64,000 bases of DNA, taken from contig JBDOQK010000039.1 of assembly GCA_040437565.1 (NCBI GenBank), positions 1 through 64,000 on the forward strand, read 5' to 3'. Every line of letters begins with the position of its first letter. Position 1 is the first letter of the stretch. The stretch is from Albugo candida. Lineage: Eukaryota. The notes under the pieces are model-generated. The model saw only the letters and a list, made by a program, of their open reading frames with translations, searched no databases and had not been told where the DNA came from. The translations under genes and the position numbers were made by a program. Shown in pieces: positions 35,601 through 48,802 of this stretch.

Positions 35601-38600
35601 ATCAAATTGTTCATCTAACTGAGCTGCAACTTCGTAATCTTCACTCTCCGTAGCCTTTTCAATCTCCAATTCCAATGCTGCTAATCGTGCATCAATACCT
35701 TCAAGTGTGGTCTCAGAATCGTTTGCAAGCGCTGCGTCTCCATTGAATGTCCGCTCTAGTTTTTCACTTTGCGAGAGAGAAGAGATTTTCTCTTTTAGAA
35801 ATTTCAATTGTGATGCAAAGTCTTGTTTCTCTTCATCGCTCGACTTATAGCCACTTGATTCATCATCATCAGAGATTTCCTCATCCTCGTCGTCGAATGA
35901 TTGATGAATGTCGTGCTTTTTCTCAAGGTTTTGTATCTGTATCACGCAAGCATCAAGTTCCGACTTGATCAAAACCAACGCAGCATTTAGGAACGATGCA
36001 CTTTGGCTCGATTGGTCTTTAGCCAAATTTCCTTCAACAAATCTCTTCTTATCGTTCGCAACGGATTGAGGTATTCCACGTTCCCTGCAGCATCTCTCCA
36101 TTTTTCGTACAGCTTTGCCGAGATCCTTGTACTCTTGGCTTAATTCCTCGAGTGTTTCGAGATCCATTGCTTTCTCCACATTTATCAATTCCTTTTTGTG
36201 TTCCTTGTACCTTTCCTCAGAACTTTTGATTTGGTCTAGTAGATCTAGCAACTCCATCTCGACAACTTCACTCATCTCTTCGGCATTGTTTCGGTCTTTT
36301 TCTAAAGCTTTGATATCCTTCGAAATTCTAGCAGCTTCCTTGAAGTTTCGTTGAGTTGCAGCAGCTTTTTTCTCTGATTCAAGTCTTGGAATCATAGAAT
36401 CTGCTGAAGCTTTGGCGTTCGCGTGCATGGCAAGAGACTTTTCGAGTCCTTCCTGTTGCTTACGAAGCATCGCTACACTCTGCTCCGCAATCGCAGCTTT
36501 ATCTGAGAGAGAGTTCAAATCATTGCTGCGTTCTTTTTTTCGTACGAGCGAATCCTCTCGCCTAGCTTCCTGCATCTCCAGCACATCTGTTAGCAAAGTT
36601 GCTACCATAATGGCTTTTCTCAGTGATTTGATTTGCGTAGAGCTGTCCATGATTTTCTCTTGATATTCACGAACTTTCTGTATAAATTGTTCTTTCTGTT
36701 CCTTCAGATGCTCAACGTCGGCTTCAACCTCGGACTTTGTACGCAGGATCCCTTCTTCTCGATCTGAAATCCGCTTTACTTGTCTTGAAAAACGGTTTCG
36801 AACCACATCGATCTCTTTTTCTGCTTTATCAATGGCCATTTGTATCTCTGTTACTCGGGCTTTCTTTATTGATAGCTGCCGTTCCAATTCTCGAACTTCT
36901 TCTTCGACCACTTGCTTTTCTTCTTCCAAAGATTTTTGCACCTCAATCTCACTTTTGCACTGTTCCGTTATCCTTGCTTCAATCTCGTCTCTCTCACTGG
37001 TGACATGCTTTAAAGTCACACTAACATGATGCAGCTCTGTTTGGATTCTCTCATTCTCAAACTGTAATTGTTGCAATTGATTCGTTTGATACGTCTCGTA
37101 GTTTTTCTTCAAGTCTGCTCGTATCTGCTCTTGGTCTTGGCAGAAGGTATTGAGTTCTTTAAATGTTCCACGTGTTGTTCTCAGTTGAGTGACAAAAGTT
37201 CGCTCTTTTCCTTTCAGAAAAGCGGTAAATTCCGAGTCAACTTTTCTCAAGTCGCTTTCTGTCAGTGTGATGCAGTGCCGAACGCTATTGATGCTTGTAT
37301 TCAGTGCATCAGCTTTCTCAAAATCTTCTTCTTCGCATGCGCGTTGTTGATTGGCTTCAACTTGACGCAAATCAATCTCATATTGCGTCAATTGCGATTT
37401 CAACTGCATCTTACGTTCTAGCAAACACGATTCTTCTTCACTCTGCTTTGAGACCGTCTCGTGGAACGCAAATGCGCTCTCACTAAAATCCCTCAGCGTC
37501 GCCGTAAATCGCTCTTCCAACGACTGCGGGACGATCGGCGAGAGTGATGGTTGAAGTGGACTTTTGGTCAAACTTTCAGATTGCGTATAGCTCAACTTCA
37601 ACTTTACATCAGGAGGGATGATTTCCTTGCTTTCGGTGACTTTAGGCATACCCTGAGCGTATAGTATACTTGAAGTGCTATGTATACTTGATGTTGGTGA
37701 TGGTTCATTCCCGACAGAAAATGATGCGGGTGATTTATTCGTATGAACTGTTAATCCAGCTAGTATTGATGTGGAAGATTCTTTTCGTAAAATTGGGTTG
37801 TGGACCGTAAGGCCTGCAAGAACGGATGAGATTTCACCAGAATTTGTAAGTTTTCCCGGCAAAGGTGGCAACAAAGATGTAAGATCTTCCGAAAAATCGC
37901 GAATCGGATTGGTCACGGCTGTATTTGTCGTGGTGGTATTCGCTTTAACGATTTCTTCATCCTGAATATCTCCGCGTTGTAATGCCGCAACTGCATCTTC
38001 CGATAATTGCCGTCCGAAGCCAGGTCGAAACGTTTTCTTCTTCTTTTTTACTTTGAGTGCACGTGCTACAGCAGAGTTACTAGAACTAAGTGGAGTATTT
38101 GTATTTGAGGTTGCGTTGATCTCTTTCGACTGAACAGTATCCAGATAGTTGAATGTGGTCGGACGAGACTTCGCAGTACTCCGTCGACGTTGTGGCGTTT
38201 CATTTAATACAGCCGGAGTGTTGGTAGTATTCAAATGAAGTGGTTTGCTGGAAACGACGTCAAGTCCATTAAAGAGACTATTGGATTCACTCGATGGCGC
38301 AATAACTGGCTTCTCCTCAGTGTATAGTGTTGACGTGCTCGTAGGCTGCTTCACCGACATGCCACCAAACATATCTACAGCGGTGGTAGTATGGTCAGAA
38401 AGAGTCGAGGAAGCAGGTGATGAATGCATTCCATGGTTGCTACTGGTTGTATTGTGGGAAGTCAGCATTTGCTTGTTGGAATTCGCGGATGGTGGAAGAT
38501 TAAAGAATCCTCCTCCATCGCGCTCCGCACCCGTACTGGCATCAGCTTGAGTGCTTCCAATACCAGCTCCCGTGGAGGTAGCATTCACATTATACGAATT

Positions 38601-38669
38601 ACGAAATGCGGGTGGACCTGCTGGTTGTTTATTTGCGCCCTCTTCCTTTTTAAAGAAACGATTAAACAT
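32614..38669 (-). CDS. Large acidic coiled-coil protein with UvrB/UvrC-like (UVR) motifs, repeated LFxGL motifs and a 28-aa tandem repeat
   Basis: ORFs 33753-38669 and 32614-33759 join through the same repeat across the gap. UVR-like segments: ACEEEDFEKADAL, AATQRNFKEAARISKDIKAL, ATESEDYEVAAQL, ASDEDNFDAAAEY; long heptad region. Confidence 0.85.
33025..34600 (-). repeat. Perfect 84-bp coding minisatellite (VEEGEGRVVDEEMGVEDDEGRGQDEEVE)n
   Basis: About 8.8 identical units on each side of the gap (33025-33762 and 33863-34600). True copy number is unresolved. Confidence 0.95.
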
Positions 38670-38911
38670 GGTGGCGGATATGTTCGCAATGAAGTATCAC
38701 AGATAGCAGAAAAGTGTAACCAGTAATGAAGAAGCACTGAAATTAAGGACAAGTGTCTGGCGGTATGAAAGATGCGTAAAGGTAAAAGACATTATAAGAT
38801 CCTGCAGGAGCATCAAGTACATAACTCATGATATTGTACAGGTATTAAAGATCAAGATCATGTGCATGTTATCCGAATGTATATAGAGCTTCTGCATTCT
38901 GTGGAGACGAA

Positions 38912-39429
38912 ATGTTTTCCGTTCGCGCTCTCACACAATGTATGCGAATTGGATCGATCAAGTGTTCATCCATACCAAAGCGTGGTTTAAATGAGTTTTT
39001 CCCAGTTCAAAATATCACCGAGAAAAACACAAAATCTACTGCAAATGACAAAACAAACGAAGCAAAAGGTATACCAGCAACTGTTGGAACAGAGAAGATT
39101 AAAGTAGGTGGAGACTGGAAAGCATGGATGTTACGACTCAAGAGCTCTAATGATTTGCACAAGCTATGGTACGTATTGCTGAAGGAACGCAACGCGTTGC
39201 TCACAGAACGAGCTATATGTCGATCAAAAAACATTCCATTTCCGGATCCAACACGCCGAAAAAAGGTATACATTCTCGTCACCGTCCACATGATTTCGAA
39301 TACAAGACCTGACCTTCTATTTAGGTGCAAAAGTCAATGGCGCGAATCAAACTTGTTCTGCACGAGAGAAGTCAAATTTACAAGAGTAATCAAGCTGATA
39401 TAGAAAATAACAAAAATGCGACCGACTAG
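38912..39429 (+). CDS. MRPL47: Mitochondrial ribosomal protein uL29m (L47)
   Basis: GLNEFF..GGDWKAWMLRLKSSNDLHKLWYVLLKERNALLT; intron about 39267-39324, then VQKSMARIKLVLHER; stop at 39427-39429. Confidence 0.92.
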
Positions 39430-39460
39430 TAGTCGCCGCATCGAAAACATTTTCCTTCCA

Positions 39461-42400
39461 TTACCTCGATTGCATGAATTCACTCAGAAACTCATAGAAA
39501 GCAAATTCGCGAGCATGCAGACCGACCGAATACACGAATCGGGATGCTATCTGTGAGGCAAACAGTGCGCGGGTGTACTTTTCCGGTAAACGCGCCACAA
39601 AGTTCCCAAACCCAATTTTCTCATGCAATAAAGCTGGAATCCCCTGACGGAGTACCAATTCACGAAGCTGTACATTATCCCAAAGAATCGAGTCCTGAAT
39701 CTCCACGCTCAGCTTCGTAATCCGTTCGCTCAAGTGATTGCTCAATACTGAGAATGGGATTTTTGTTCGCTCGTGCTCCCGCCACAAACACTCGAATTCC
39801 TGGGACGCATTTCGTGCGATTCGAAGTTGTACTTCCTTCACGTATTCCTCATAAAAAGCGGGTTTTTTGCCGGTCATAGCGTCCACCTGCATATTTTCTT
39901 CAAACTCTTGATCGCTCATGCACAGCGCAGCCAAGACTTCCAGAGAGGAAGACGTGACACCGCCTTTATTAGCAGAAGCGTCTTTGAACAGAATAACGCC
40001 AGCTTGTTCCAACCGCAAACGGGCATCTTGCGTGAAGAACAAATTCGCACCTTCGACAATGTATCGAAAACGCAATGATTTTCCATCCGATTGATACAAA
40101 AACTCTTCGACATTATTTAAATTGACTGCTGAAGGTCGTCCGCCACACGGAACGAAGAAATCAGCCGATAAAGAGGGTCGTAAATGGTATAAATTCCGGA
40201 ATTCCACTCCATTTTCAATGATTTCGCCATTGGCCAAACGAACATCATTCTGAGTCACGAGCACTTGATACCCGTTGGGCGTCAGTTTATGAGAATCAAA
40301 CGACGATATCGGCTCGCGTTTCTCTGCAAGCGCTTGTAATTCCGATCGATCCAATCCTTCTGGGTCGTACAAGACCCCAGATCCGTCCACGATCGCAATA
40401 GTGCATTCATCTCCACTCATTTTGATCTCATTTGATCCCAAGTCGCCATCAGGACCGCCTGTTTGTACTTTGGTGATCCGTTTGGCTCCCTTCTGATCGA
40501 GATTCAATTTACGTTGAATGCCTTTGATGTATTGACGCACACTATGTGTAGTCATCCCGTAGACGTCATGAGGAATGCCGCCATGCGTTGCCGACTTCCC
40601 GGTTGTGATGGCTTTCCAGTACGAGTACCCACGCTTCTTAGCGTATAAACTAGCCCAATCCATCATATGAGCTGTTCCTTCATCGGGTCCCAAAAACAAA
40701 AGCTCTTCCTCGCCATTGATTTTTTGCAACATGATGCTCAGTAAAGCATCAATGTACTTTTGGAAGGCGATATCCGCTTTGTCTTGATGTGCTTGATTGA
40801 GTAAGATCACTCCTTTGGACCCTCCCTCCGGTATGTCTTTGTTCTTTCGCTGCTGTGTGGATGCCAAGCTGTAGCATTCATCAAACAAAGATGACACATT
40901 GTTCAAGTACACTTGAGCATGGGAAGATCGGATCATTCGGATACCTCCACGGGCAATGTCGGAAAAGCGAACGTGAAATCCACGGAATTCCGATCCGATT
41001 ACGTAGATAATGGCAAAAGGTTTTTCCGAATATTCGGTCTCTGAGAGGAATTCTCCATCCAAACGAAACGATAGCGCCGATTTGTCTTTTAAGAAAAAAT
41101 TGGTTTTTGTGGTGTTTTTGTTGAATGTGTGAAACAACGAAAAGATCAGAAGCGCTTGTTCCGAATTGGTCGATTTACGTAAAGCCGAAAGCGTGGAAGC
41201 GGTTGATGGGGGATTGTTGCCTGTTTGAGGCGCATGGAGACTCTCGAACTCATTGTACAAAAGCTTCACAATGGAAGAAGATTGTAAAATGTGCTCGAGG
41301 ATTTGCGATTCAGTGTACGTATTCACTTTCATAGTCGTTCGAAGTTGTTCGAGACGCGCCATTGCCGATGAATCATGACCTCGTAAGGATGTGGCGACCA
41401 CAGTATACGCATCCGGAAGTCGATGCATGAAATGAAAGACGAATTTCCATGCAGCGTACGCATATGCAATCGGCTTTGGTGCCAATAAACCGTTCCGTAG
41501 CATCGGCGTGAGGGAAGTGCGTGGCAGTACGAAATGTAAGGAAGCGTCAGCCACGAGCATTTCGATTTGTTTTGCGAGCGAGATATCACACTTTTGGGAG
41601 TTTTGTAATTGTTGGAGATAGAAAGCGTAGATAACGTATCCGTTGGAGAAAAATTCGACATACTTTCGAGTGGAAAAAAGACCCAATTGACGATACAAAT
41701 CGGCAATACTTGAAAAATATCCGTGAGTCGATCCGCTCTTGTACGCGATTGTGACACGAGCCATTTCTACTTGGTCCTTTTCCTTCCAGATCTCCGTGTG
41801 GAAGACCGGGGTCATTTGTTCGACGGCTTGAGTGAGGCATTCTTGATAAACACGTTTCAGATTATCGCCAGCGCGACTGAGGAACGTCTTATCGGCTAGC
41901 TTTTGGATGCTTGTCTCACTGGTAGATGGATTTGGGTCTACAAAGTCTGGTTTCTGCAAGAAATACATTCGGACATGATACGGGACAATTGTTGGATCCA
42001 ATACGCCACTGAGTCATTTTCATGAAACAAGGCCTTTAGGATATGATATATTGCGAGATATGATATGATGGGTACGTACACGGAACGATAACATTGTAAT
42101 CGATAATGTGATTTTTGAGTTTTGACCGCTTCATTTGGCTCTAAGAACTGATATCCTGATCGGACTCCGTCCCCTATCCATTCTTGGGCACTACCGCTTA
42201 AGTACTGTTTTTCGATCTGAAGTTCAAGTTGTTCCACTTCTGTCGGACAATTTTCTGAACATTGTCGTGTGGTGGATTCTCCTTGAACGTTACTTCGTGC
42301 TGCGAAAAACGCCTCATTCTCTGAATGTTGCTCCAATTTTATATCCATTGGGCGTCCTGACGCTTTCGACACTAATTTGGCTGCTATTATACTACGAACC

Positions 42401-43192
42401 GATGCGTTAGGATGACGAACATAGGTCAATACAAAGTACCTTTGTATATGCTTTGCGATGTTTTCTGGGGATTGTCCGATGAAATAAAAATCATGCAGAC
42501 CCAGCGGACCATAAAACCACTCAACCTCACGTTCGATGCTTTCTTGAGTGAATAAACCATCCAGTTGGATATGCTCCCTCACTTTGTTTTTCTTTACTGA
42601 AANNNNNNNNNNNNNNNNNNNNNNNNNNNNNNNNNNNNNNNNNNNNNNNNNNNNNNNNNNNNNNNNNNNNNNNNNNNNNNNNNNNNNNNNNNNNNNNNNN
42701 NNCTTTGTATATGCTTTGCGATGTTTTCTGGGGATTGTCCGATGAAATAAAAATCATGCAGACCCAGCGGACCATAAAACCACTCAACCTCACGTTCGAT
42801 GCTTTCTTGAGTGAATAAACCATCCAGTTGGATATGCTCCCTCACTTTGTTTTTCTTTACTGAAACGTTAGTATCACTTCCGCACTAGGGAGTTCTCACC
42901 TGAGTGAGCGCTGCCATTTGCTGTGTCATTTTCTATTTCAATTGTGACCTTTTGCCTCAATATAAGTTTTGTAACAGCTGGTTGAGGTTGGGAGCCGATC
43001 AAACAGGAGGATAATGGCGAACTTGAACTTGAAAATACTAAATTAATAAAGTAACTTGATATTTTCAGTAATTTACATTACGCTAAGTTGCAATGGCGGA
43101 TCCTAAACGTTGCTAAAGGTATCGTCGTCTTCGAAATGACTCAGAACTTACTAACTAATATTGTGTCCATCCACACATCCCTCCTGACTCAT
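39461..43192 (-). CDS. GDH2: NAD-specific glutamate dehydrogenase, large (GDH2) type; 5' exons uncertain
   Basis: EVEWFYGPLGL, FRGFHVRFSDIARGGIR, KNKDIPEGGSKG, LGPDEGTA, TGGPDGDLGSNE, VPCGGRP, VEGANLF, KDASANKGGVTSSSLEVL. Several introns and two gap duplications lie at the 5' end; the start at 43192 is tentative. Confidence 0.92.
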
Positions 43193-43672
43193 GAGTATCT
43201 TGTAGGCTGCTTTCCTGANNNNNNNNNNNNNNNNNNNNNNNNNNNNNNNNNNNNNNNNNNNNNNNNNNNNNNNNNNNNNNNNNNNNNNNNNNNNNNNNNN
43301 NNNNNNNNNNNNNNNNNNGTCATTTTCTATTTCAATTGTGACCTTTTGCCTCAATATAAGTTTTGTAACAGCTGGTTGAGGTTGGGAGCCGATCAAACAG
43401 GAGGATAATGGCGAACTTGAACTTGAAAATACTAAATTAATAAAGTAACTTGATATTTTCAGTAATTTACATTACGCTAAGTTGCAATGGCGGATCCTAA
43501 ACGTTGCTAAAGGTATCGTCGTCTTCGAAATGACTCAGAACTTACTAACTAATATTGTGTCCATCCACACATCCCTCCTGACTCATGAGTATCTTGTAGG
43601 CTGCTTTCCTGATCCTCTCTATAGATGTATGATGCCCTCTAAGCACTGATTCCATGAATCCACTCGGTTGCT

Positions 43673-44739
43673 TTATACATTCATCTGAAATCTTCCCTCA
43701 CTATACAGTCCTGTCCTCTGCACAGCAAAACGATCAGTTAGTACTGAAAATAATATACAATTTGAGCAACATAATATACCATTTGCTCAGTTATTTCATT
43801 GTGAAATCGATGTAAATACTGCACAACTGTACTTGTTTCCGAATCTTGACGATCCTGAACGAGCCACAATACTGTTTTTACTGCCATCAGTTTTTCATTC
43901 AGAGGAACTCCGAGATTCGGTTGATTCGGTATCATATTTTGAGGGTGTGGTGTATGATGATGTTGTGCCAATTCATTTGCTAGATTTCCATAGTGCTGGT
44001 AGAATGAGGTTTCACGATTGTTCTGCATTGCTGAACCATCATATATTGCATTGTTGTAATGCTGCGTCGAAGTCATCGTCATGGGATTATTGGCAACATT
44101 ACAAGAAGCAGCTGCGTTGCTCATATTTCGTGCATGGTGAAACGCTTCTTCGCGAGATCGTATCGTGTTGAATGTTGCTTCACTCATATTAATAGGATTT
44201 GTTGGGGCAGAGCCTGTTTGCATATGTACGCCAGGCGTGTTATTCATCCTACTTTCTTCTTGATCGTTTTCCCGTTTCATCATTGGAAGTGTGTTTTTGA
44301 GTTTTTTTAATGATCCTAAATTATGTCTCTCTTGAAATGATGTAAGCCAGCCATTCGAAAAATTTGGAATCTCTGCTTCTGGAATATGCAATTCTTCCGC
44401 TAATATGCGACCTTGTTGCTTGATTGCTACACCGGACACATGTATGTTATTGTTGCGCATCTTCATCACCCATTCAAAAATGGCCTTATCCAAGTCTGGA
44501 TTAACAACAGCACGTGATCGACGAATACTCAGGTCTTTTGACTCAAGGTACTTTTGCTTGTTCCTCAAAATGTGTGATATTGTCGGTTGTGCCGGTGCGC
44601 GAAGAAGTCGGAATTTTTCACGTGCCCAATTACTCAAATCTGATTGGCGGATTTTAGGATTTTCTTCATGTTTTAAGCAAATAAGTTTTTTCTGTCCATA
44701 CGATAAATTGCCGCCGGTTAGTGAATTTCCTCGCGCCAT
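43673..44739 (-). CDS. CENP-B/pogo (Tc5)-type double HTH DNA-binding protein without a DDE domain
   Basis: LSYGQKKLIC..QSDLSNWAREKF..QPTISHILRNK; PDLDKAIFEWV..VSGVAIKQQG..FSNGWLTSFQERHNL; then an N/Q/H-rich region. A probable terminal intron (GTATAT..TACTAAC..GCAG) gives the end RTGLYSEGRFQMNV* at 43673. Confidence 0.85.
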
Positions 44740-45021
44740 GTCTGTGAGTGGTTTATTGTTGTCGTTTTGCTATCTGAGATTCTAGACCCTCACAAATACA
44801 ATTATACAGCAGAAAAACCTACCAAATACAATAAAAAAAACTACGTTGGTGAGGTTTTACCCTAATTTCCTTTCCACTTGAATTATATTGGGTACGTTTT
44901 CCATTGCAATGACGAATAGTAATTTCGTTCACACTCTGACTCAATCCTCAATCTCAATTGATCAGTTTTACTTGTTTGTACAATTCGCTACTTTTCTTAG
45001 TGTTCCAGATAAAGCTCGCAA

Positions 45022-46971
45022 TTATTGCTCTTCAACCTGGTACTCTGACTGTTTAGAATCTTCCAACACCAACGATTCTAGAATTCGATTCAGTACCGGC
45101 GAATCTTGTACAGATAGATTACGATACATATTTGCTAACACGTTCATGCACTCATCTTTGATGCTTTCCGGATTTTCCGACTCAAAGTTTACCAGGGATT
45201 CTTGAACGTCTCTCCTCCCAAATTTTTTAGGGAATAACTCCGTTTCGGAACACCAAATAAGATGACACGATTCCTCGTCCACAGTGCCGTCATCTTTGAT
45301 CACTTTTTGCAGCATAGACCAACCCTTCTCTCTGACGCACACATGTTCAAAGTCGGCGCGACTCATTGCATCATTGACACTTTCCAAGTACATATGTGAT
45401 GTGTAAAGATTGGGTGCAGAAGATGTGTTTTCACCAGACGGAGCAAACAAGCTAGAAAAGTCGACTTGACCATTATTTTGCCAACACATATAGCCATCTG
45501 CATTTTTCGCCGTTCGAATAAGTGTCAATATCGTTACTATTGGGATGCTGACACGATATAGCGTTATGAATCGGTGCATTTCTTGAATCAAGCTATTATC
45601 CGTGCTCTTAATTGTCTATTGAAAACGGTAATCAGATGACATTTGTATGAGGTAACTCAAACACGTTACCTTTTGGAAACCTTGGCCCGGTTTTCGGATG
45701 GTGTCTCTTGTATCCCACTTGACACCGTTTACTCTTTCTAATGCAAATGGGAGCAAGAAAGATTCACGAGTTTCCACTAAAATACGCCCGTCACTTCTGT
45801 GAGAAACGGAGTTCTCCGAGACATCCTCAAATGAATTCAAAAGCTTCTTTTGTTTGAGTAATTGTGCGCATTCTCTAAGTTGCTTCAATACCTGATCATA
45901 AGTCCCATTCTGTGACCAAAGCAGTGCGTCCTTATTTATGTTGCACACTGTTTTGTTGTTCGTATTTAAAGCCTTAATCCATTTCGGATCTTTGAGTGCT
46001 TGTTGAGGACGTTTCCGTAAAAGATTTTCCAGACCGTGAGCAATTCGTAGTTGACGTTTCAGCAGCTCACTAAGTCGCATATGTTCGGTTTGTGCATTTT
46101 CGCGTGCGGTTTTTTGACGAACTGCAATGCGCTTCCACATGGAGAAAGCGTGCAGCACATTTCCGTGACTTGAAACCGAATGATTGCTCTGCTGGTTGCG
46201 TTTTTTCAATTTCGACAATTCTGTTTCCAATTCAACGACACGAGTACGTAAGTACGCCAGTTCATCCTTTCTTCGCATTCGACCCGTGCTTTTAGCTCGA
46301 TCCATGTTTTTATCTTTCGGTTCGTGCGAATCGATATCGGCGGATCTCGTATACTCCGTTGTTGTACTCGTGAGTATCGATTCCTTTTTTTCTTCAATAT
46401 TTTGAGTGTCGGAAGCTCTTGTGGACACGTCCGAGATATTGATATCTGATATTGCTTGAGGTTCTGACATATTGAATTCAGCGGTGAATTGAGCGAGTGA
46501 TGACTCTGAAGGTATAATAGTGTCGAGACACTCGTCGATAACGTTCATTTTCAGTATGTCACTGGGAGGTCCTATGGGCTGTGGGTTTACACACGAAGCA
46601 AGACCATAGTCGTATGAGCCGGCGATTGCGCTTTTTAGCAACTGAGTGCTCTTGATAATACAATCCAACATTGACTCATCATCGATAAAGTTTAGCGAAT
46701 CGTGTTCTGATATAAAAGAGTGATTCGGTGTATTCGGCTGAGGATCTATACGCCCGTACCCATTATTGAGCACCATGGAATTACTGAGAGGGATTTCCTG
46801 GGAGTTGATAAGAGGAGCACAATCGAACCCAAACATCGGATCCCCCAATTGAGTGGAATTCGGTAATGTACTCATAAATAATGGAGAAACAGAATCGGAC
46901 GATTCATGAGTGAACCCTGCGGCAGTGTCCAGTGACTCTGTGAAGCATTGAAAGTCCTCCAAGTCGTCCAT
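45022..46971 (-). CDS. M96 mating-specific-like family protein (oomycete bZIP-like coiled coil plus C-terminal domain)
   Basis: STGRMRRKDELAYLRTRVVELETELSKLK..MWKRIAVRQKTARENAQTEHMRLSELLKRQLRIAHGLENLLRKR; intron 45616-45669; terminal LNRILESLVLED. First ATG of the frame is at 46971. Confidence 0.75.
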
Positions 46972-47232
46972 GAGACCGAGTTCACAAAATTTCCGTACTG
47001 TATACAAAGTTTCATACCAAAACTGGAGAGAAGTAGTCAGAACCGAATCAGAGGGTTGTGTTATAACTGTCTTGCGACATGTAGAATACGAGCAGCGCTT
47101 ACCTTGGCTTGGTGGTGGTGTTAGTAACGTGTTACGTCTGACCAAAAATGTCGCATTTTAATTCGTATCCTTAAGCTCGAGTTGGATCATAATTGTGCGT
47201 AAAACAGCTTAAAGAGTCACTTGGTCGACCAA

Positions 47233-48240
47233 ATGTCTGAGTACAAAGAGAATGCTCATCAAACACGATCGGAGAAGAAAGCCAAGGGTGATAAATTAGA
47301 TAATGACCAATCAGAAAAGGATGACGCAATGGATGACACACGACCGCGTCACGCCGGAGTTGGTTGGGGCACAGAAGATAGTCCTGCCGTTTGTCTTGAT
47401 GATGCAAAGACAGATACGAAGCGTGGAAGGAGAATGCGAGGGAATGTAGCTGCGAATGCAGTAAAAAATACTCCAAAAAACCAGCATTTCGATGATGCAA
47501 AAGGCGTAACCGGTTGGTACAACCTCATTTTACGAAAATGATCGGTAATTACTTCTCTACGTACCTCAGATTTACAAGAAATCCCTGATCTGGAAGAAGA
47601 AGAACGCGAGCCAGACATCACCACACAGGGTACGCGCTTCACGTCTCGTTTTACAAGCAAATGAAGTCTAATCGATTTTATCAAGTCGCTGAAGCGCCAA
47701 AGAATGTAACCCGCTCCGTGCAAAGCCTCAAAGAGTTGGACCGAAATCTTCATGCCACTATNNNNNNNNNNNNNNNNNNNNNNNNNNNNNNNNNNNNNNN
47801 NNNNNNNNNNNNNNNNNNNNNNNNNNNNNNNNNNNNNNNNNNNNNNNNNNNNNNNNNNNNNATCACCACACAGGGTACGCGCTTCACGTCTCGTTTTACA
47901 AGCAAATGAAGTCTAATCGATTTTATCAAGTCGCTGAAGCGCCAAAGAATGTAACCCGCTCCGTGCAAAGCCTCAAAGAGTTGGACCGAAATCTTCATGC
48001 CACTATTTTGAACACAAGTGTACGCTTCTAGCATTGTTTGCATTGCTCTTGGTACTGACTCACACACAGAAGCTCGGATTGGATTTACACGTATTGACGA
48101 GTGTTTTGTGCCCCGAAAAAATGGTACGAGCACGATTGTCGCCGAGTGTAATTTAATTTGAGGGCTTCGGATAGGTTATAGAGCCTGACGAGATTTGGAC
48201 ATGTGAAAGCCTCTTGAATGAAATGTCGTCTGATTCTTAA
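47233..48240 (+). CDS. IFT43: Intraflagellar transport protein 43 (IFT-A), about 5 exons
   Basis: Spliced reading: GVGWG..EIPDLEEEEREPDITTQ|VAEAPKNVTRSVQSLKELD..|LGLDLHVLTSVLCPEKM|VIEPDEIWTCESLLNEM. 47862-48003 duplicates pre-gap sequence. Confidence 0.85.
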
Positions 48241-48316
48241 CAGAGTTGAAGAGGAAATTGACTTCGTCGTCATATGAATTATTTATCTTTGTAACTCTCG
48301 AAATGTATGTAATGTA

Positions 48317-48802
48317 TTATAACTTCAATACTTGAAATTTACTTCTCACCTCAAATACTCCAAGTGCGACCTGGTGGTCTTCATCGAAATCTGACCAATC
48401 ATCACGAAAGTCATCTGCAATAAATATATCGCCATTCAAAGCTTTGACCCGAAAATCCCCTATGGGTGACCAAGCGATTGGCTCAATTCCGCGACATTCA
48501 AATCCAACCATTGGAACGTACTGTCCTGAATCTTCACCACGTATGGGCCTTGTGACGTTTTTGACGTCACGCACGACAGTGATATAACTCGCTTTTTGAG
48601 AACCGGGCCATGTCAAAACGAAATTTGCGTTGCTTCGACCGCCCGCGATAGGAACCACATCCCTCTCCGAGATCACTACCCCTTCTCTTATATCCCTGGT
48701 AATCGGATCCATCACATTGAGATGCCATGAAGTCTCACTGGACATCGTTAACCATTCGACATCTTGCAGCTCTGCGCTGACATATAACAGATACAACACC
48801 AT
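48317..48802 (-). CDS. DUF866 / CZIB (C1orf123)-like protein lacking the CXXC motifs
   Basis: MVLYLLYVSAEL..V; GGRSNANFV; VPMVGFECRGIEPIAWSP; DWSDFDED..ALGVFEVRSKF. 161 aa is typical of the family. Confidence 0.85.
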   Translation of the reverse strand: MVLYLLYVSAELQDVEWLTMSSETSWHLNVMDPITRDIREGVVISERDVVPIAGGRSNANFVLTWPGSQKASYITVVRDVKNVTRPIRGEDSGQYVPMVGFECRGIEPIAWSPIGDFRVKALNGDIFIADDFRDDWSDFDEDHQVALGVFEVRSKFQVLKL

